Assembly: GCF_030684315.1 (NCBI RefSeq)
Contig: NC_081396.1
Span: forward strand, 6,138,001-6,202,000
Direction of reading: 5' to 3'
DNA: 64,000 nt
Origin: Stegostoma tigrinum
Lineage: Eukaryota
How positions within the stretch are numbered: position 1 is the stretch's first letter; each line of letters starts with the position of its first letter. Shown piece after piece: positions 11,155 to 23,389 of this stretch. The notes under the pieces were generated by a model. It was not told where the DNA came from and ran no database searches. It was given only the letters and a program-made list of their open reading frames with translations. The position numbers and the translations under genes were made by a program.

Positions 11155-12297
11155 CAGACTTGGTGAACAAAATTAGGGCACATGGTATTGGTAGCAAAAT
11201 ACTGAGTTGGATTGAAAATTGGCTGGCTGACAGAAAGCAAAGAGTAGTGATAAACGGGTCCCTTTCGGAATGGCAGGCAGTGACCAGAAGGTTCGGTGCT
11301 GGGACCGCAGCTGTTTACAATATACATTAATGACATAGACGAAGGCATTAAAAGTAATATTAGCAAATTTGCCAATGACACAAAACTGGGTGGCAGTGTG
11401 AAATGTGAGGAGGATGTTATGAGAATACAGGGTGACTTGGACAGGCTGGGTGAGTGGACGGATGCATGACAGGTGCAGTTTAATGTGGATAAATGTCTGG
11501 TTATACACTTTGGTGGCAAGAACAGGAAGGCAGATTATTATCTCAATGGAGCCAAGTTAGGTAAAGGGGAAGTACAACAAGATCTAGGTGTTCTTGTACA
11601 TCAGCCAATGAAAGCAAGCATGCAGGTACAGCAGGCAATGAAGAAAGCTTATAGCATGCTGGCCTTCATAACGAGAGGAATTGAGTATAGGAGCAAAGAG
11701 GTCCTTCTGTAGCTGTACAGGGCCCTGGTGAGACCGCACCTGGAGTATTGTGTGCAGTTTTGGTCTCCAAATTTGAGGAAGGACATTCTTGCCATTGAGG
11801 GAGTGCAGCGTAGGTTCACGAGGCCAATTCCCGGAATGGCGGGACTATCATATGTTGAAAGATTGGAGCGACTGGGCTTGTATACACTTGAGTTTAGAAG
11901 GATGAGAGGGGATCTGATTGGGACGTATAAGATTATTAAGGGATTGGACATTCTGGAGGCAGGAAGCGTGTTTCTGCTGATGGGTGAGTCCAGGACCAGA
12001 GGACACAGTTTAAAAATAAGGGGTAGGCCATTTAGACCAGAGTTGAGGAAAAACTTCTTCACCCAGAGAGTGGTGGATATATAGAATGCTCTGCCCCAGA
12101 AGGCAGTGGAGGCCAAGTCTCTGGATACTTTCAAGAAAGAGATGGATAGAGCTCTTAAAGATAGTGGAATCAAGGGTTATGGGGATAAGGCAGGAACAGG
12201 ATACTGATTGTGGATGATCAGCCGTGATCATAATGAATGGTGGTGCTGGCTCGAAGGGCCGAATGGCCTACCCCAGCACCTATCGTCTATTGTCTAA
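11155..12297 (+). mobile_element. 5'-truncated CR1 LINE (RT domain to 3' end), with stops
   Basis: WIENWLADRKQRVVING, MQFNVDKC, RPHLEYCVQFWSP, RTRGHSLK; 3' hairpin/tail GGGCCGAATGGCC...TCTATTGTCT. Confidence 0.92.
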
Positions 12298-12691
12298 GAC
12301 AAAACCCTGAGCAGGCGTCACCCTCAAGTTGAGGTGCAGCTGCTGGTTGAGAGGACTAGGGATGTTTCTAAAGTTGCCACCTTCATGGGTGCAAAAGTGA
12401 GAAAGGGCGCTCTGGGCCAAGTAAGTGAATGATATGAATATATCTCCTGGGCAGGTAGGATGGGGTTTATAAAATCCTTTTTACAAAGAGGGGGTGATGT
12501 TAGAAGGAGAAGGATTTACACACAGCAAATTCGAACCAAGAGAAATATTCTGAAGAGGGGTCACACCACTCAGCTTTCTGTCCACTATTTGCTGCCTGAC
12601 CTGCTGAGAGTCTCCAAGTCAAATATTTGCCTTTTCTGAACTTCTATCCTGAACTGACAGTGATGATTTTGTAAACCTTTTTTTTAAACAG

Positions 12692-12802
12692 GATATTGGA
12701 AGAGGATTTGCAGATCGGTAACTGAAACGCCGCACCACATCACGATCTGACAGTGACTCGATTTATTATTCATTCAGCATTGGACATTTTTGACCGTTGA
12801 AT
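12692..12802 (+). other. Putative ZNF leader exon (paralog of 23911-24012)
   Basis: TTTTGTAAACCTTTTTTTTAAACAG|GATATTGGAAGAGGATTTGCAGAT...GATCTGAC...TCATTCAGCA...AAT|GTAAGC. Confidence 0.55.
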
Positions 12803-13469
12803 GTAAGCATTGAATCCCAAGGCAGTCACACATTCTGCATAAAATTACCATCACACCGTACTTCTTGCTCAGTGTTTTAATTATGTACGTAATCTTTTTA
12901 CCATCAGCGAATGGGAACCGCAAATCTTGTTCAGCCCTATATTACCCTGTCATCAATTTGTAAGAGTGAATTCTCTTTGCTGTACAGGGAACATGCTCAG
13001 TTTTTCCAACCTGACCTTAAAACTAAAATTCCTTGAACTTTTCTGCTAAATCTCCTCTGCACCCTCTCAGTTTGTTCTCTGGCGTACTCAGAGCCACGTG
13101 CTCTGTGTGCATTTTGTCCTGGTGTCATGCACAGGGAATTCCACAGTGACATCACCCACCCGCCAGGTAAACCTTTCCTGAACTCTCTCCAGCTTAATCA
13201 TGTCCTGCCTAGAGGAGGCCTCACCAACGTCCTGTACAACTTCAACGCGACGTCCCAACTCCTATACTCAAGGATCTGAGCAATGAAGGCAAGCCTACTG
13301 AACGCCTCCTTAATCACCCTGTGTAGATATGACGCAAATTTCAAAGAATTACGTACCTGAACCCTTGGGCCTGTCTGTTCTGCAACACTAACCAAGGCCC
13401 TACCATGAATTGTGCGAGTCCTGCCCTTGTTTGTTTTATTAAAATGCAATACCTCACTTTTATTTTCTT

Positions 13470-13805
13470 TATTCATTAATGGGATAAGGACGTTGCTGGC
13501 TAGGCAGCATTTATTGTCTGTCCCTAATTGCCCAGAGTCAACCACATTGCTGTGGGTCTGGAGTCACATGTAGGCCAGACCAGGTAAGAATGACAGTTTC
13601 CTTCCCTAAAGGGCATTGGTGAACCAGGTGGATTTTTCCAACAGTAGACAACGGGTTCATGGTCATCATTAGATTCTTAATTCCAGACATTTTATTGATT
13701 ACAAATTCCACCATCTGCCAAGGCGGGATTTGAATCCAGGTCCCCAGAATGTCATCTGGGTCTCTAGATTAATAGTCCAGCGATAATACCAGTAAGCCAT
13801 TGCTT
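13470..13805 (-). mobile_element. SacSINE1/DeuSINE-like SINE inserted in a minus-strand CR1 fragment (13170-14045)
   Basis: Reverse of CCTTACCTGGTCTGGCCTACATGTGACTCCAGACCCACAGCAATGTGGTTGACTCT. Similar copies at 25235-25575(+), 28250-28460(+), 29175-29515(+), 44030-44340(-), 46200-46350(-) and 47100-47300(-). Confidence 0.75.
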
Positions 13806-14259
13806 TCTCCCTTCATGAATCCAAGTTAAACTCCACCTGCCACTCCTCAGTTCATTGACCCAATTGATCAAGATCCCATTGTAATCCTAGATAACCTTCT
13901 TCACTGTCCACAGCCACCAGACATGGTGTTGTCTGCAAACTGACCTGCCATGTCTTCTATATTCTCGTCTAAATCATTGATATAAATGACAAACAAAAGT
14001 CGGCCCAGCAACCGATCCCTGAGGGATACCGATTGTCACAGTCCTTTGAGAATTTTGTCTGTTTCAATAAGGCCTCCTCAATCTTCCTGTTGCAATCCTC
14101 CTGCTGCCCTGCACTTCGTGGGTGGGGGGAAGTTAGATGCCTGGAAGGCTTTCTGGTCTGGTTTTAGAGAAACACGATCCCTCTCCCTCACCCTCACCCG
14201 CCTCTCCCCTGCCCAACCATTTCCCCCCCACCGCCACAACCCAGCTGAAACTTGAGAGG

Positions 14260-14730
14260 GCGCGGTAAAGATTTACAAGGACGTTGCTGGGTTTGGAGGG
14301 TTCGAGCTACAGGGAGAGGCTGATTAGGCTGGGGGCTGTTTGTCCCTGGAGTGTCGGAGGCTTAGGGGGTGACCTTTTAGATGTTTATAAAATCATGAAA
14401 GGAATGGATAAGGGGAGTAGATAAGGTCTTTTCCCTGGGGTGGGGGGAGTCCGAAACAAAAGGGACATGGGTTTAAGGTGGGGGGGGGGGTAAAGATTTA
14501 AAAGGGACCTGAGGGGTAACTTTTTCACGCAGAGGGTTGTGTGTGTGTGGAACGAGCTGCCAGAGGAAGTGGGTGGGGGCTGGCACAGTTACAGCATTTA
14601 AAAGGGATCTGGATGGGGATGTGGATAGGAAGGGTTCAGAGGGATAAGGGGGCCAAATGGGATCAGATTAATTTAGGACATGGGCATGGGCGAGTTGGAT
14701 GGAAGGGCCTGTTTCCATGCTCTACATCTC
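14260..14730 (+). mobile_element. CR1/HER1 3' fragment
   Basis: AGATTTACAAGGACGTTG...TTTATAAAATCATG...GGGCCTGTTTCCATGCT. Confidence 0.8.
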
Positions 14731-14949
14731 TGCGACATTTTCCCTTCTCCGAAGTCCAGGATTTCAGTGACAACCCAGCGGATTGCGTTTTCCTCTTTCT
14801 CATGGCTCCCTGCTCTGAAGCAGTGGCCTCAGTGCCCCCCCCTCTCCCAAAACCTACCTTTGCGTTTATTTTGATGTAGGTTCTCTCTCTCTCTCACCTC
14901 TTTTCTGTGCTGTAGCTCAGTCTGGGAGAATATTATCAAGGATGGCTCC

Positions 14950-15400
14950 TGCTCGAAAGCGAATGAAAAGTCACGCCGGCATTGTACCGTACCTGAACGT
15001 TGTTGGGTTCAGCAGCCACGCCGGGGTTGGGGGTGTTGGGAGAGGGGGGAAGGGGGCCATTCAGTTTGCTGCGAGTGTGGGAAGCGGTTCCCCCCACCGG
15101 CGTTCCCACCCGCCCGGAGGGCGCGCGGCGGCGAGAGGCCGCTCTCCTGCTCTGAGACTCGGAGAGACAAGCACCCGGCCCGCGGCGGGCAACTCGAGGA
15201 TCCTCGGGAGTCAGTCCCCCCGACGCTGCGGAGAGGTTGGTTCACCGGATTGCGGGAAGGGGATTCCAGAAACCTCGTCCGACCCGCTGAGGCGCCGGCA
15301 AATCCGCACCAGCGAGAGATATATGGGAACGCCACCGCGTCTCCAAGTCATTCACCGTCCTGACTCTGAAATACATCGGCGCTGCTGGTTCGAAAATCCT
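14950..15400. promoter_or_regulatory. CpG-rich island of unassigned function
   Basis: Dense unmutated CpGs (GGCGCGCGGCGGCGAGAGGCCGC) in an otherwise CpG-depleted background; no convincing coding ORF. Confidence 0.4.
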
Positions 15401-16086
15401 GGAATTCCCTCCCTCGTGGCACGGTGGGTCCACCCACAACAGGGGGAATGCAGCGGTCCAAGGAGGCAGCTCATCACCACCTCCTCAAGGGCAACTAGGG
15501 ATGGGCAAGAAATGCTGGGCCTGGCCAGTGATGCCCACATCCCACAAAATGAGTAGAAAGAGAGGAGGCTGTTGCCCCCCCCCGCTCTGAGTGTGGCAAG
15601 AGATTGGCTTCTCCCTGCCACCTATTGAGCCGCTCGTGGGTTCACGGGGAATAGCAGTGATTCCGTTTCGCCGGCTTCAACATCCGCTGATTCACCACGC
15701 CTAGTTCTGCTGCTGACTTTATTAAACTCCTCGGCCTCAGTTTTCTGGATGGAAGCCAAATAAATTAGCTCTTTGCGAAGTACAAAGTGCCTTGAGTGTC
15801 TGTCCTGCACGTTGGTCCCACTGGAGTGTTTAGGACTGGGCTCACATTCTCTGGATAAGGTGTGAGTCCGTTAGGGCTGAAGAGACCTGCCAAAGTTGAG
15901 TTTGGGTAAAAGCGAGCTGTCGATAAAACAGGCGAGAGTTGTACATCTCAAAGTCAAACCCTGGATAGTCGTGGAGTCATACAACATCGGAACAGACCCT
16001 TCGGCCCAACCAGTCGTGCCAAACGTAATCCCAAACTAAACCATACCCACCTACCTGCTCATGTTGTAGAATAGCAACACCTGGGT

Positions 16087-16297
16087 ACAGGTATTTCTGC
16101 TATAGTGTGTATTTCGTTAATGCAAATTGGCTGTAAGGAATGAAGAGTGAATGCTGTTTGGATAATGCAAACTTTCCACAGTACAGTATGGAAATTTTCT
16201 ATAGTGATATCCCATAACGTGATTTTCAATGGGGAGTTTCTGTAGTGTGAGATCAGACGAGAACGCAGTTATTGTGTTATCGATGAAATACCCAGTA
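16087..16297. mobile_element. Possible Tc1/mariner-type MITE
   Basis: TA-flanked imperfect terminal inverted repeats TACAGGTATTTCTGCTATA ... TATCGATGAAATACCCAGTA. Confidence 0.45.
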
Positions 16298-17600
16298 GAT
16301 AGTTCTTTGAAATTTGCAGCACACATGGACAGGGAGGTTAAGAAGGCGTGTAGCACGCTTGCCTTCGTTGCTCAGAGCTTTGAGTGTAAGGGGTTGGGAT
16401 GTCACGTTGACGTCGTACAGGATGTTGGTGAGGCCTCTTCTGAAGTCCTGTGTCCAGTTCTGGTCGCCCTGTTATACGATGGATATCATTAAGGTGGAGA
16501 GGGGTCAGAAGAGATGTGCCCGGATGTTGCTGGGAATGAAGGGTTTGAGTTCTAGGGATAAGTGGGGACTTTTAGCATTGAAGCGTAGCAGATTGAGGGG
16601 TGACCTTACAGAGGTTTACAAAATAATGAGGGATAAAGATAAGGCGAATGACAGGTCTCTTTTCATAAGGGTCAGGGATTTCAAGACTGGGGGCAATTAT
16701 TTTAAGGTGAGAGAAGAGAGATTTTATAAAGACATGAGGGATAATTTTTTTTTTACACAGAAAATGATTTGTGTGTGGAATGAACTGGCAGAGGAAGTGG
16801 GTACATTTACAGCGTTTAAAAGATATTTGGATAAGTACATGAGTAAGAAATGTTTGGAGGGATATGGTCCAGGAGCAGGGAAGTGGTACTAGTCTAGTTT
16901 GGGATTATAGTTGGCACGGACTAGTCGGACTGAAGGATCTGTTTCTCTACCGGAAGTGGTGGAGCAGATTGCAAAGATTGTAATGGCTCTCTGCTCCTTC
17001 ACAGCAGCAATAGTGTGAAACAATCATGAGCAGTCATGTTTACAGAGTGGCAGCAACAGGGTCTGGGTTGATGTTCAGAGTCGCAGAGAGAAAAGAAAAA
17101 TAAAGATTGAGGCACATTTTTAAAAAAATTGTATTTTGCCATCTGCTGAATCCTTTTTGCCCCTTTCTCTGTCATTAGATTACAAATACAACACAACCAT
17201 TTTCCCTGCAGTGCCAGAGACTGTGGGGTGATCTTATAGAGGTTTATAAAATCAGGGGTGCATGGATGGGGTGAGTAGCCAAAGTCTTTTCCCTCGAGGG
17301 TAGGCGGAAGTCAAAAACCAGAGAGCCATAGGTTTAAGGTGAGGGGGAAGTTATTGAAGGACCGAAGGGGCAACTTTTCGCAGAGAGACCGGTGCATTGT
17401 ACGGAATGAGATGACAGAGGAAGTGGGTGGGGGCTGGTACAGTTACAACATTTAAAAGGCATCTGGATGGGTACATGGACAGGAAGGGTTTGGAGGGATA
17501 CGGACCAAATGCTGGCAAACGGGATGAATTAATTTAGGATTTCTGATTAGCATGGACTATTTGGACTGAAGGGTCTCTTTCGGTGCTGTAGAACTCTATG
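16298..17600 (+). mobile_element. Two CR1/HER1 3' fragments (16298-16950, 17225-17600)
   Basis: ORF 16314-16892 reads LVRPLLKSCVQFWSP...RLRGDLTEVYKIM...VWNELAEEV. Confidence 0.85.
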
Positions 17601-17799
17601 ACTCGACTCGAACCGAGACTACATTTCAGAAGGACGGTATTGTCAGATGCCAGGGAACCTCTCTCACCTCTACGCTGGGCTCGCTTCCCGAATTGGGCAT
17701 GATCTCCGACTGCCAAAGTCCCAAGCCAGGCAGAAGATGAAGACAGACGAACATTCAAGCCGAGACTTCCACCACAGGAGGGAAAGTCAATTCATAGCC

Positions 17800-17995
17800 A
17801 TCACCGAATCACCCTTTATTTACACAAACAGGGTTTGACTGTAGTATTGCCGCATGCAGAGTCAGGCACCAGAGTGTTGGTATCTCTGACTCTCACCCTT
17901 TTCACCCATCATCCAGGGCTCCCTGACTGGACCAGATTAACAGCTCCAATCAGGGAACTCATATTCCGAGGTCCCGCTATCTGACCACATCACAG
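17800..17995 (-). mobile_element. Fragment of the same solo-LTR family as 21259-23234
   Basis: The reverse complement contains GTGTAAATAAAGGGTGATTCGGTGA and CTGATTGGAGCTGTTAATCTGGTCCAGTCAGGGAGCCCTGG. Confidence 0.6.
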
Positions 17996-18009
17996 TTATC
18001 ATTCATCAT

Positions 18010-18615
18010 TTGTGGTCCCTCACAAATGAAGATGTCTCTCTTCCACTCTCTGGATGAATTTGTTGGTAGCTGTTCAGCCGGGAAGGGTTGGCAATGGCAT
18101 TAGATTCCTTTTGCTGCTTTCTCCTGGTTCCCACTTCCTCCCCCGACGACAAGTCTCCTGGCACTCGACACCCTCCGGGATGCTCCACCTCCACGTTGGA
18201 AAGCCTTGGGCCAGTGATTCCCTGGTGTCGTCGGGAATGCCGCACTTCCCCAGCGAGGCCTCGAGGGTGTCCCAGAAGCACTTCCTCTGCCCACCTGGGG
18301 CTTGCCTGCCGCTTCGGAGCTGGGAGTAGAGCACCTGCTCGGGGGCACTTGTGTCGGTCTTGCGGACGATGTGCTCAGCCCGTTGCAGCCAGTAGAGGGT
18401 GGGCAGTGTCTCAACGCTGGGGATGTCGGCCTGGTCAAGATTGCTAGTGTTTGTGCGTCTTTCTTTTCAGTGGATTCACAGGATCTTGTGCGGGCAGCGT
18501 TGGTAACATTGCTGCAGAGCCTCAAGATGTCTGCTGTAGACAGTCCGCAACTCAGAGCCACGTAGGACGATGCAAAACATCTTCTCAGCCCAACGTTTAT
18601 AGAACTCTCCCAGCC
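18010..18615 (-). mobile_element. RTE-clade LINE 3' fragment
   Basis: Minus-strand translation RSGRQAPGGQRKCFWDTLEASLGKCGIP..WRWSIPEGV is typical of the RTE/BovB-like C-terminus. Confidence 0.75.
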
Positions 18616-19944
18616 TAGCACTTTTTAAAGTCCACAATCACAATAGCAATGAATTGACTTTTCTTCCTATGGTGAAAGTCTCTGTTTGAATGTTTGTCTG
18701 TCTTCATTTTCTGCCTGGATTGGCAGTCGGAGATCAAGCTTAATAGGGGAAGTGAGCTCAACACTGAGCTGAGGGAGGTGCAGGCAACTTGAGGTCTCCT
18801 GGAGAGCATGGTGAAATGGAGGAGAACCCTTGTAGGGAGTGCCAGCCCAGTGTGGCTAAGCAGTTATGAAAGACCATTGAGCTTTTAACTTTATTTCTTC
18901 ATTTTCTATCTAATACTAAGACAGACCGTAACGTTTAACTTTTCACCTTGTTTCTTTATTTTTCTACTTTGTACCTAAGGTTTTGTACCCAGGGACCTTT
19001 GTACCGAAGATGGTACTGGGAATGGAAACATTGAACCATTTTCACTGTGCACATGTACTCCTGTACTTGATTACATGTGGCATTAAAACTAATGCTGATT
19101 CTAATTCATCTCTTCCACTCTGTCAATGTACGTTAATATTTACACAGAGTTGTATCCATTCCTTCTAGTGTCTACCCCACTCTCTAAGTCTATCAGTCTC
19201 TATTTCTATTTCTGCCCCTTCAATTCTCTCAATTTCTCCATGACTTCCTCTTTCCTGCTGTTGCTCTTTGAGAAACTTGATATTCAGTGACATTTTGACA
19301 GAGCAGCTGCTGAAACCCTTCTCTCCCAGCCAGGATGCTTCAAACTGATTTCACAATCCCCAGGTAACGTATCAATCTGTAAGGTCTGAAGTGAGGAGAC
19401 TTTTTTTTTCCAACAAAAGATTAAGAATCCTCACTGTCCCCCAGCTCGGAGGTCTTGGTGAGTATTGAAGACTGAGATTGAGAGAGTGTTGCTGAAGCAA
19501 ATAAATGGCGATTGCAGGAGCTGCTAAAATGGAGGTTAGGACTCCAAGTGTGGTTATGAGCTGGAATTTCAGGACAGGTAGACGGATAAGCTCTGAGACA
19601 CCAAAGGCCTCTTTGGACTACTGACTGAGATCTGACAGCTTTACTCCCTCTCTGACGGGCCACTGCTGCTCAGCCCTCAACTCTGACTGAGGGTCATTTT
19701 CAAACCTTAAAATGCAGCTACCATGGGAAATGATGTAGGAATGACTGGGCTACTGAGATTGGTCTTAAAATTGCATTTGAAGATGGCGATCTGCCATAGT
19801 TTAGTGAAGTGGCAGAGGAACCTGAGGCCAGATTCCTGCTCCTTTTTACACATTCCATTGCAGTGGAAATGGCAATTAAAACAACTATTAACAACACTGT
19901 TAGTGCATAGCATGGCCACACAGTCTGGTACCACTGGTTTCAGT

Positions 19945-20600
19945 GGTAGAGTCAAACAGCATGGAAACAGACCCTTCAGTCCAACTGCTCACCATAATCC
20001 AAAAGCAAACTAGCCCCACTTCCCTGCACTGTTGATTGATTGATTCTGGCCTTTATCCGTCCAAATCTTTCCTATTCATGAACATATCTAAATGCCTTTT
20101 AAATGCTGTAACTATCTGCATCCTTCACTTTCTCTGGCAGTTCATTCTACGCACAAGCCACACTCTGTCCTTTTTAACTGAATCTCCTCTCACCTTAAAA
20201 CTATGCCCCCTAGTTTTGAACTCCTCACCCTGGAGAAACGACCCGTGTCATTCACCTTATCTACCTCCCTCATGATTTTATAAACCTTGAGAAGGTCACA
20301 CTCAACCTCCTACACTCCAGTGAAACAAGTCCCATTTTTCTCAGTCCGTATTTACATCTGAAACCCTCCATTCCTGGCAACATCCTGGTAAATCTTTTCT
20401 GAATCCTCACATGTTTGATTACATACTTCCTGTGACAGGGTGACCTGAACTGCACCTAGTACTCCAGAAGAGGCCTCAGAAATGTCCCGTACAATGTCAA
20501 CATGATGTGCCAAACCCTACATTCAGTGGTCTGAGCAATGAAGGCAAGCGTGCTAAATGCCTTCTTAATAACCCTGTCTACCCGAGGTACAAATTTCAGA
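19945..20600 (-). mobile_element. CR1/HER1 3' fragment
   Basis: [15 protein letters not shown] and KKAFSTLAFIAQ on the minus strand. Confidence 0.8.
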
Positions 20601-21533
20601 TGTTTGTACTTTTTCTCACTGGATGGGTATGTGAATGGCAAGTGTTTTGTGGCTTATGGGCAAAATGTTGGCCAATGGGCCTAGGTCAGATTGGTGATGT
20701 CAGTTTCTGTGTTGTATGACTCTATGAATCTATCAAATGATGGAACATCTTAGAAGGTTACTTGACCCACTGTGTTCATCTTAGGTTTCTTGAAGAGCTG
20801 GCCAATTGTTTTGAATTTTCCTTCCTTTTTCCCCCAACCCTGTGATATGTGTCCTTTCAAGTCTCTGTCCCATTCCCATTCTTGCCCTTTCACACTCTCG
20901 CCCTCCATAACTCTCCTACCCATTCTATCTCAGCAATCACTCCTCCATTCATTGTCCCAGCAGTCACTCTTGCTTCATTCACTCTTGTCCAATACTGGCC
21001 CCCCTACAAATGACCATCTCTGTCTCCTTCATGCCCCCCCAGTAACTCCTATAAATTAACCTCAGTAATTCATATCAACACTATTACCTTCTGTAAACCC
21101 GAGTGAGTTCAGACTTGAGTAATACAATGGTGGCCACAGAAACAGAACTGGCTGGAAAAGCTCAGCAGGCCTGGCAGGATCCCTGGAAAGAAAGCAAAGT
21201 TGAAACATTTTGGGTACAGTTCTGAAGAAAAGTCACTGGATCCAAAACGTTAACGCTGTGCACTGATTGGAATGAGGGCCAGGTGGTTCCCATTGACTCT
21301 GAGATCTCTGATTGGGACTGTTAACCTGTACCAATAAGGGAACCCTGGCTGACAGATACAGACAGGGGATTCAGAGTCTCCTGTCTGCAGGAACTGACTC
21401 TGGACTTGGCCGCAGCCAGTGTCTTGCGCACAAAAAAAAGACGATAGATATCAGATTCAGGGAGTCTCCTGATTTGAGGGACTGACTCTGAGCTGCTTGG
21501 TCAGAGCCCGTGCACTGTACACATGTAAATAAA

Positions 21534-22088
21534 CATAGAACATTACAGCACAGTACAGGCCCTTCGGCCCTCGATGTTGTGCTGACCTGTCATACCGATC
21601 TCAAGCCCACCTAACCTACACTATTCCATGTACGTCCATATGCTTGTCCAATGACGACTTAAATGTACTTAAAGTTGGCGAATCTATTACCATTGCAGGC
21701 AAAGCGTTCCATTCCCTTACTACTACTCTGAGTAAAGAAACTACCTCTGACATCTGTCCTATATCTTTTACCCCTCAATTTAAAGCTATGCCCCCTCGTG
21801 CTCACCGGCAGCATCCTAGGAAAAAGGCTCTCCCTATCCACCCTATCTAACCCTCTGATTATTTTATGTGTCTCAATTAAGTCACCTCTCAACCATCTTC
21901 TCTCTAATGAAACAGCCTCAAGTCTCTCAGCCTTTCCTCGTAAGACCTTCCCTCCATACCAGGCAACATCCTGGTAAATCTCCTCTGCACCCTTTCCAAA
22001 GCTTCCACATCCTTCTTATAACGCGGTGACCAGAACTGTACGGAATACTCCAAGTGTGGCCGCGCCAGAGTTTTGTACAGCTGCAGCA
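21534..22088 (-). mobile_element. Young CR1 3' fragment
   Basis: [21 protein letters not shown]...RGDLIETHKIIRG; 8-bp TSD TAAATAAA at 21526-21533 and 22089-22096. Confidence 0.92.
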
Positions 22089-22108
22089 TAAATAAAGGGT
22101 GACTTGGT

Positions 22109-23186
22109 ATCAGTGATAATGGGAACTGCAGATGCTGGAGAATCCAAGATAACAAAGTGTGGAGCTGGATGAAAACAGCAGGCCAAGCAGCATCTCAGGA
22201 GCACAAAAGCTGATGTTTCGGGCCTAGACCCTTCATCAGAGAGGGGGATGGGGAGAGGGTTCTGGAATAAATAGGGAGAGAGGGGGAGGCGGACCGAAGA
22301 TGGAGAGAAAACAAGATAGGTAGAGAGGAAAGTATAGGTGGGGAGGTAGGGAGGGGATAGGTCCGTCCAGGGAAGATGGACAGGTCAAGGAGATGGGATG
22401 AGGTTAGTAGGTAGGAAACGGAGGTGCGGCTTGGGGTTGGAGGAAGGGATGGGTGAGAGGAAGAACAGGTTAGGGAAGCAGAGACAGGCTGGGCTGGTTT
22501 TGGGATGCAGTGGGGGGAGGGGATGAGCTGGGCTGGGTTTGTGATGCAGTGGGGGAAGGGGAGATTTTGAAGCTTGTGAAGTCCACATTGATACTGTTGG
22601 GCTGCAGTGTTCCCAAGCGGAATATGAGTTGCTGTTCCTGCAACCTACGGGTGGCATCATTGTGGCACTGCAGGAGGCCCATGATGGACATGTCATCTGA
22701 GGAATGGGAGGGGGAGTTGAAATGGTTCGTGACTGGGAGGTGCAGTTGTTTGTTGCGAACTGAGCAGAGGTGTTCTGCAAAGCGGTCCCCAAGCCTCCGC
22801 TTGGTTTCCCCAATGTAGAGGAAGCCACACTGGGTACAATGGATACAGTATACCACATTGGCAGATATGAAGGTGAACATCTGCTTGACTTGGAAGGTCA
22901 TCTTGGGGCCTGGGATAGGGGTGAGGGAGGAGGTATGGGGGCAAGTGTAGCACTTCCTGCGGTTGCAGGGGAAGGTGCCGGGTGTGGTGGGGTGGAGGGC
23001 AGTGTGGAGCGGACAAGGGAGTCACGGAGAGAGTGGTTCCTCTGGAAGGCAGACAGGGGTGGGGATGGAAAAATGTCTTGGGTGGTGGGGTCGGATTGTA
23101 GATGGCGGAAGTGTCGGAGGATGATGCGTTGTATCCGGAGTTGCTGCTTGGCCTGCTGTGTTCATCCAGCTCCACACTTTGTCATC
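22109..23186 (-). mobile_element. 5'-truncated PLE with a short inverted cap (23140-23186)
   Basis: GIY-YIG ORF 22470-22901; hammerhead core at about 22212-22239 (GUC mutated to AUC); 15-bp TSD AAAGGGTGA(C/T)TTGGT at 22094-22108 and 23187-23201. Confidence 0.92.
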
Positions 23187-23289
23187 AAAGGGTGATTTGG
23201 TGACGGGATACCGGCCTCTGTGCAGTTATTTACACTCTGCTTTCTCTGCACAGTCGCTGCCAGAGCTGCTGAGTTTGTCGAACAGTTTA

Positions 23290-23388
23290 TGATTTGCCCC
23301 TTTACTCAGCATTCCCAGCTCTGATTTGCCCCTTTACCCAGCATTCCCAGCGCTGATTTGCCCCTTTACCCAGCATTCCCAGCGCTGA
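23290..23388 (+). repeat. 3 x 32-bp tandem repeat immediately upstream of a ZNF promoter
   Basis: Unit TGATTTGCCCCTTTACCCAGCATTCCCAGCGC. Confidence 0.95.
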
Positions 23389-23389
23389 T

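Larger units (their letters stand above)
21259..23234 (+). mobile_element. Solo LTR-like element (TG...CA, about 5-bp TSD) carrying nested CR1 and PLE insertions
   Basis: Starts TGCAC at 21259 and ends TATTTACA at 23234. Flanks CGCTG/CTCTG interrupt a family-2 PLE terminus (21140-21258 resumes at 23235); internal AATAAA. Confidence 0.6.

Noticed and set aside
12660-12760. TGATGA...CTGA pair resembling C/D-box snoRNA boxes
   Set aside because: No terminal stem or recognisable guide sequence; the region is better explained as the conserved acceptor/leader exon.
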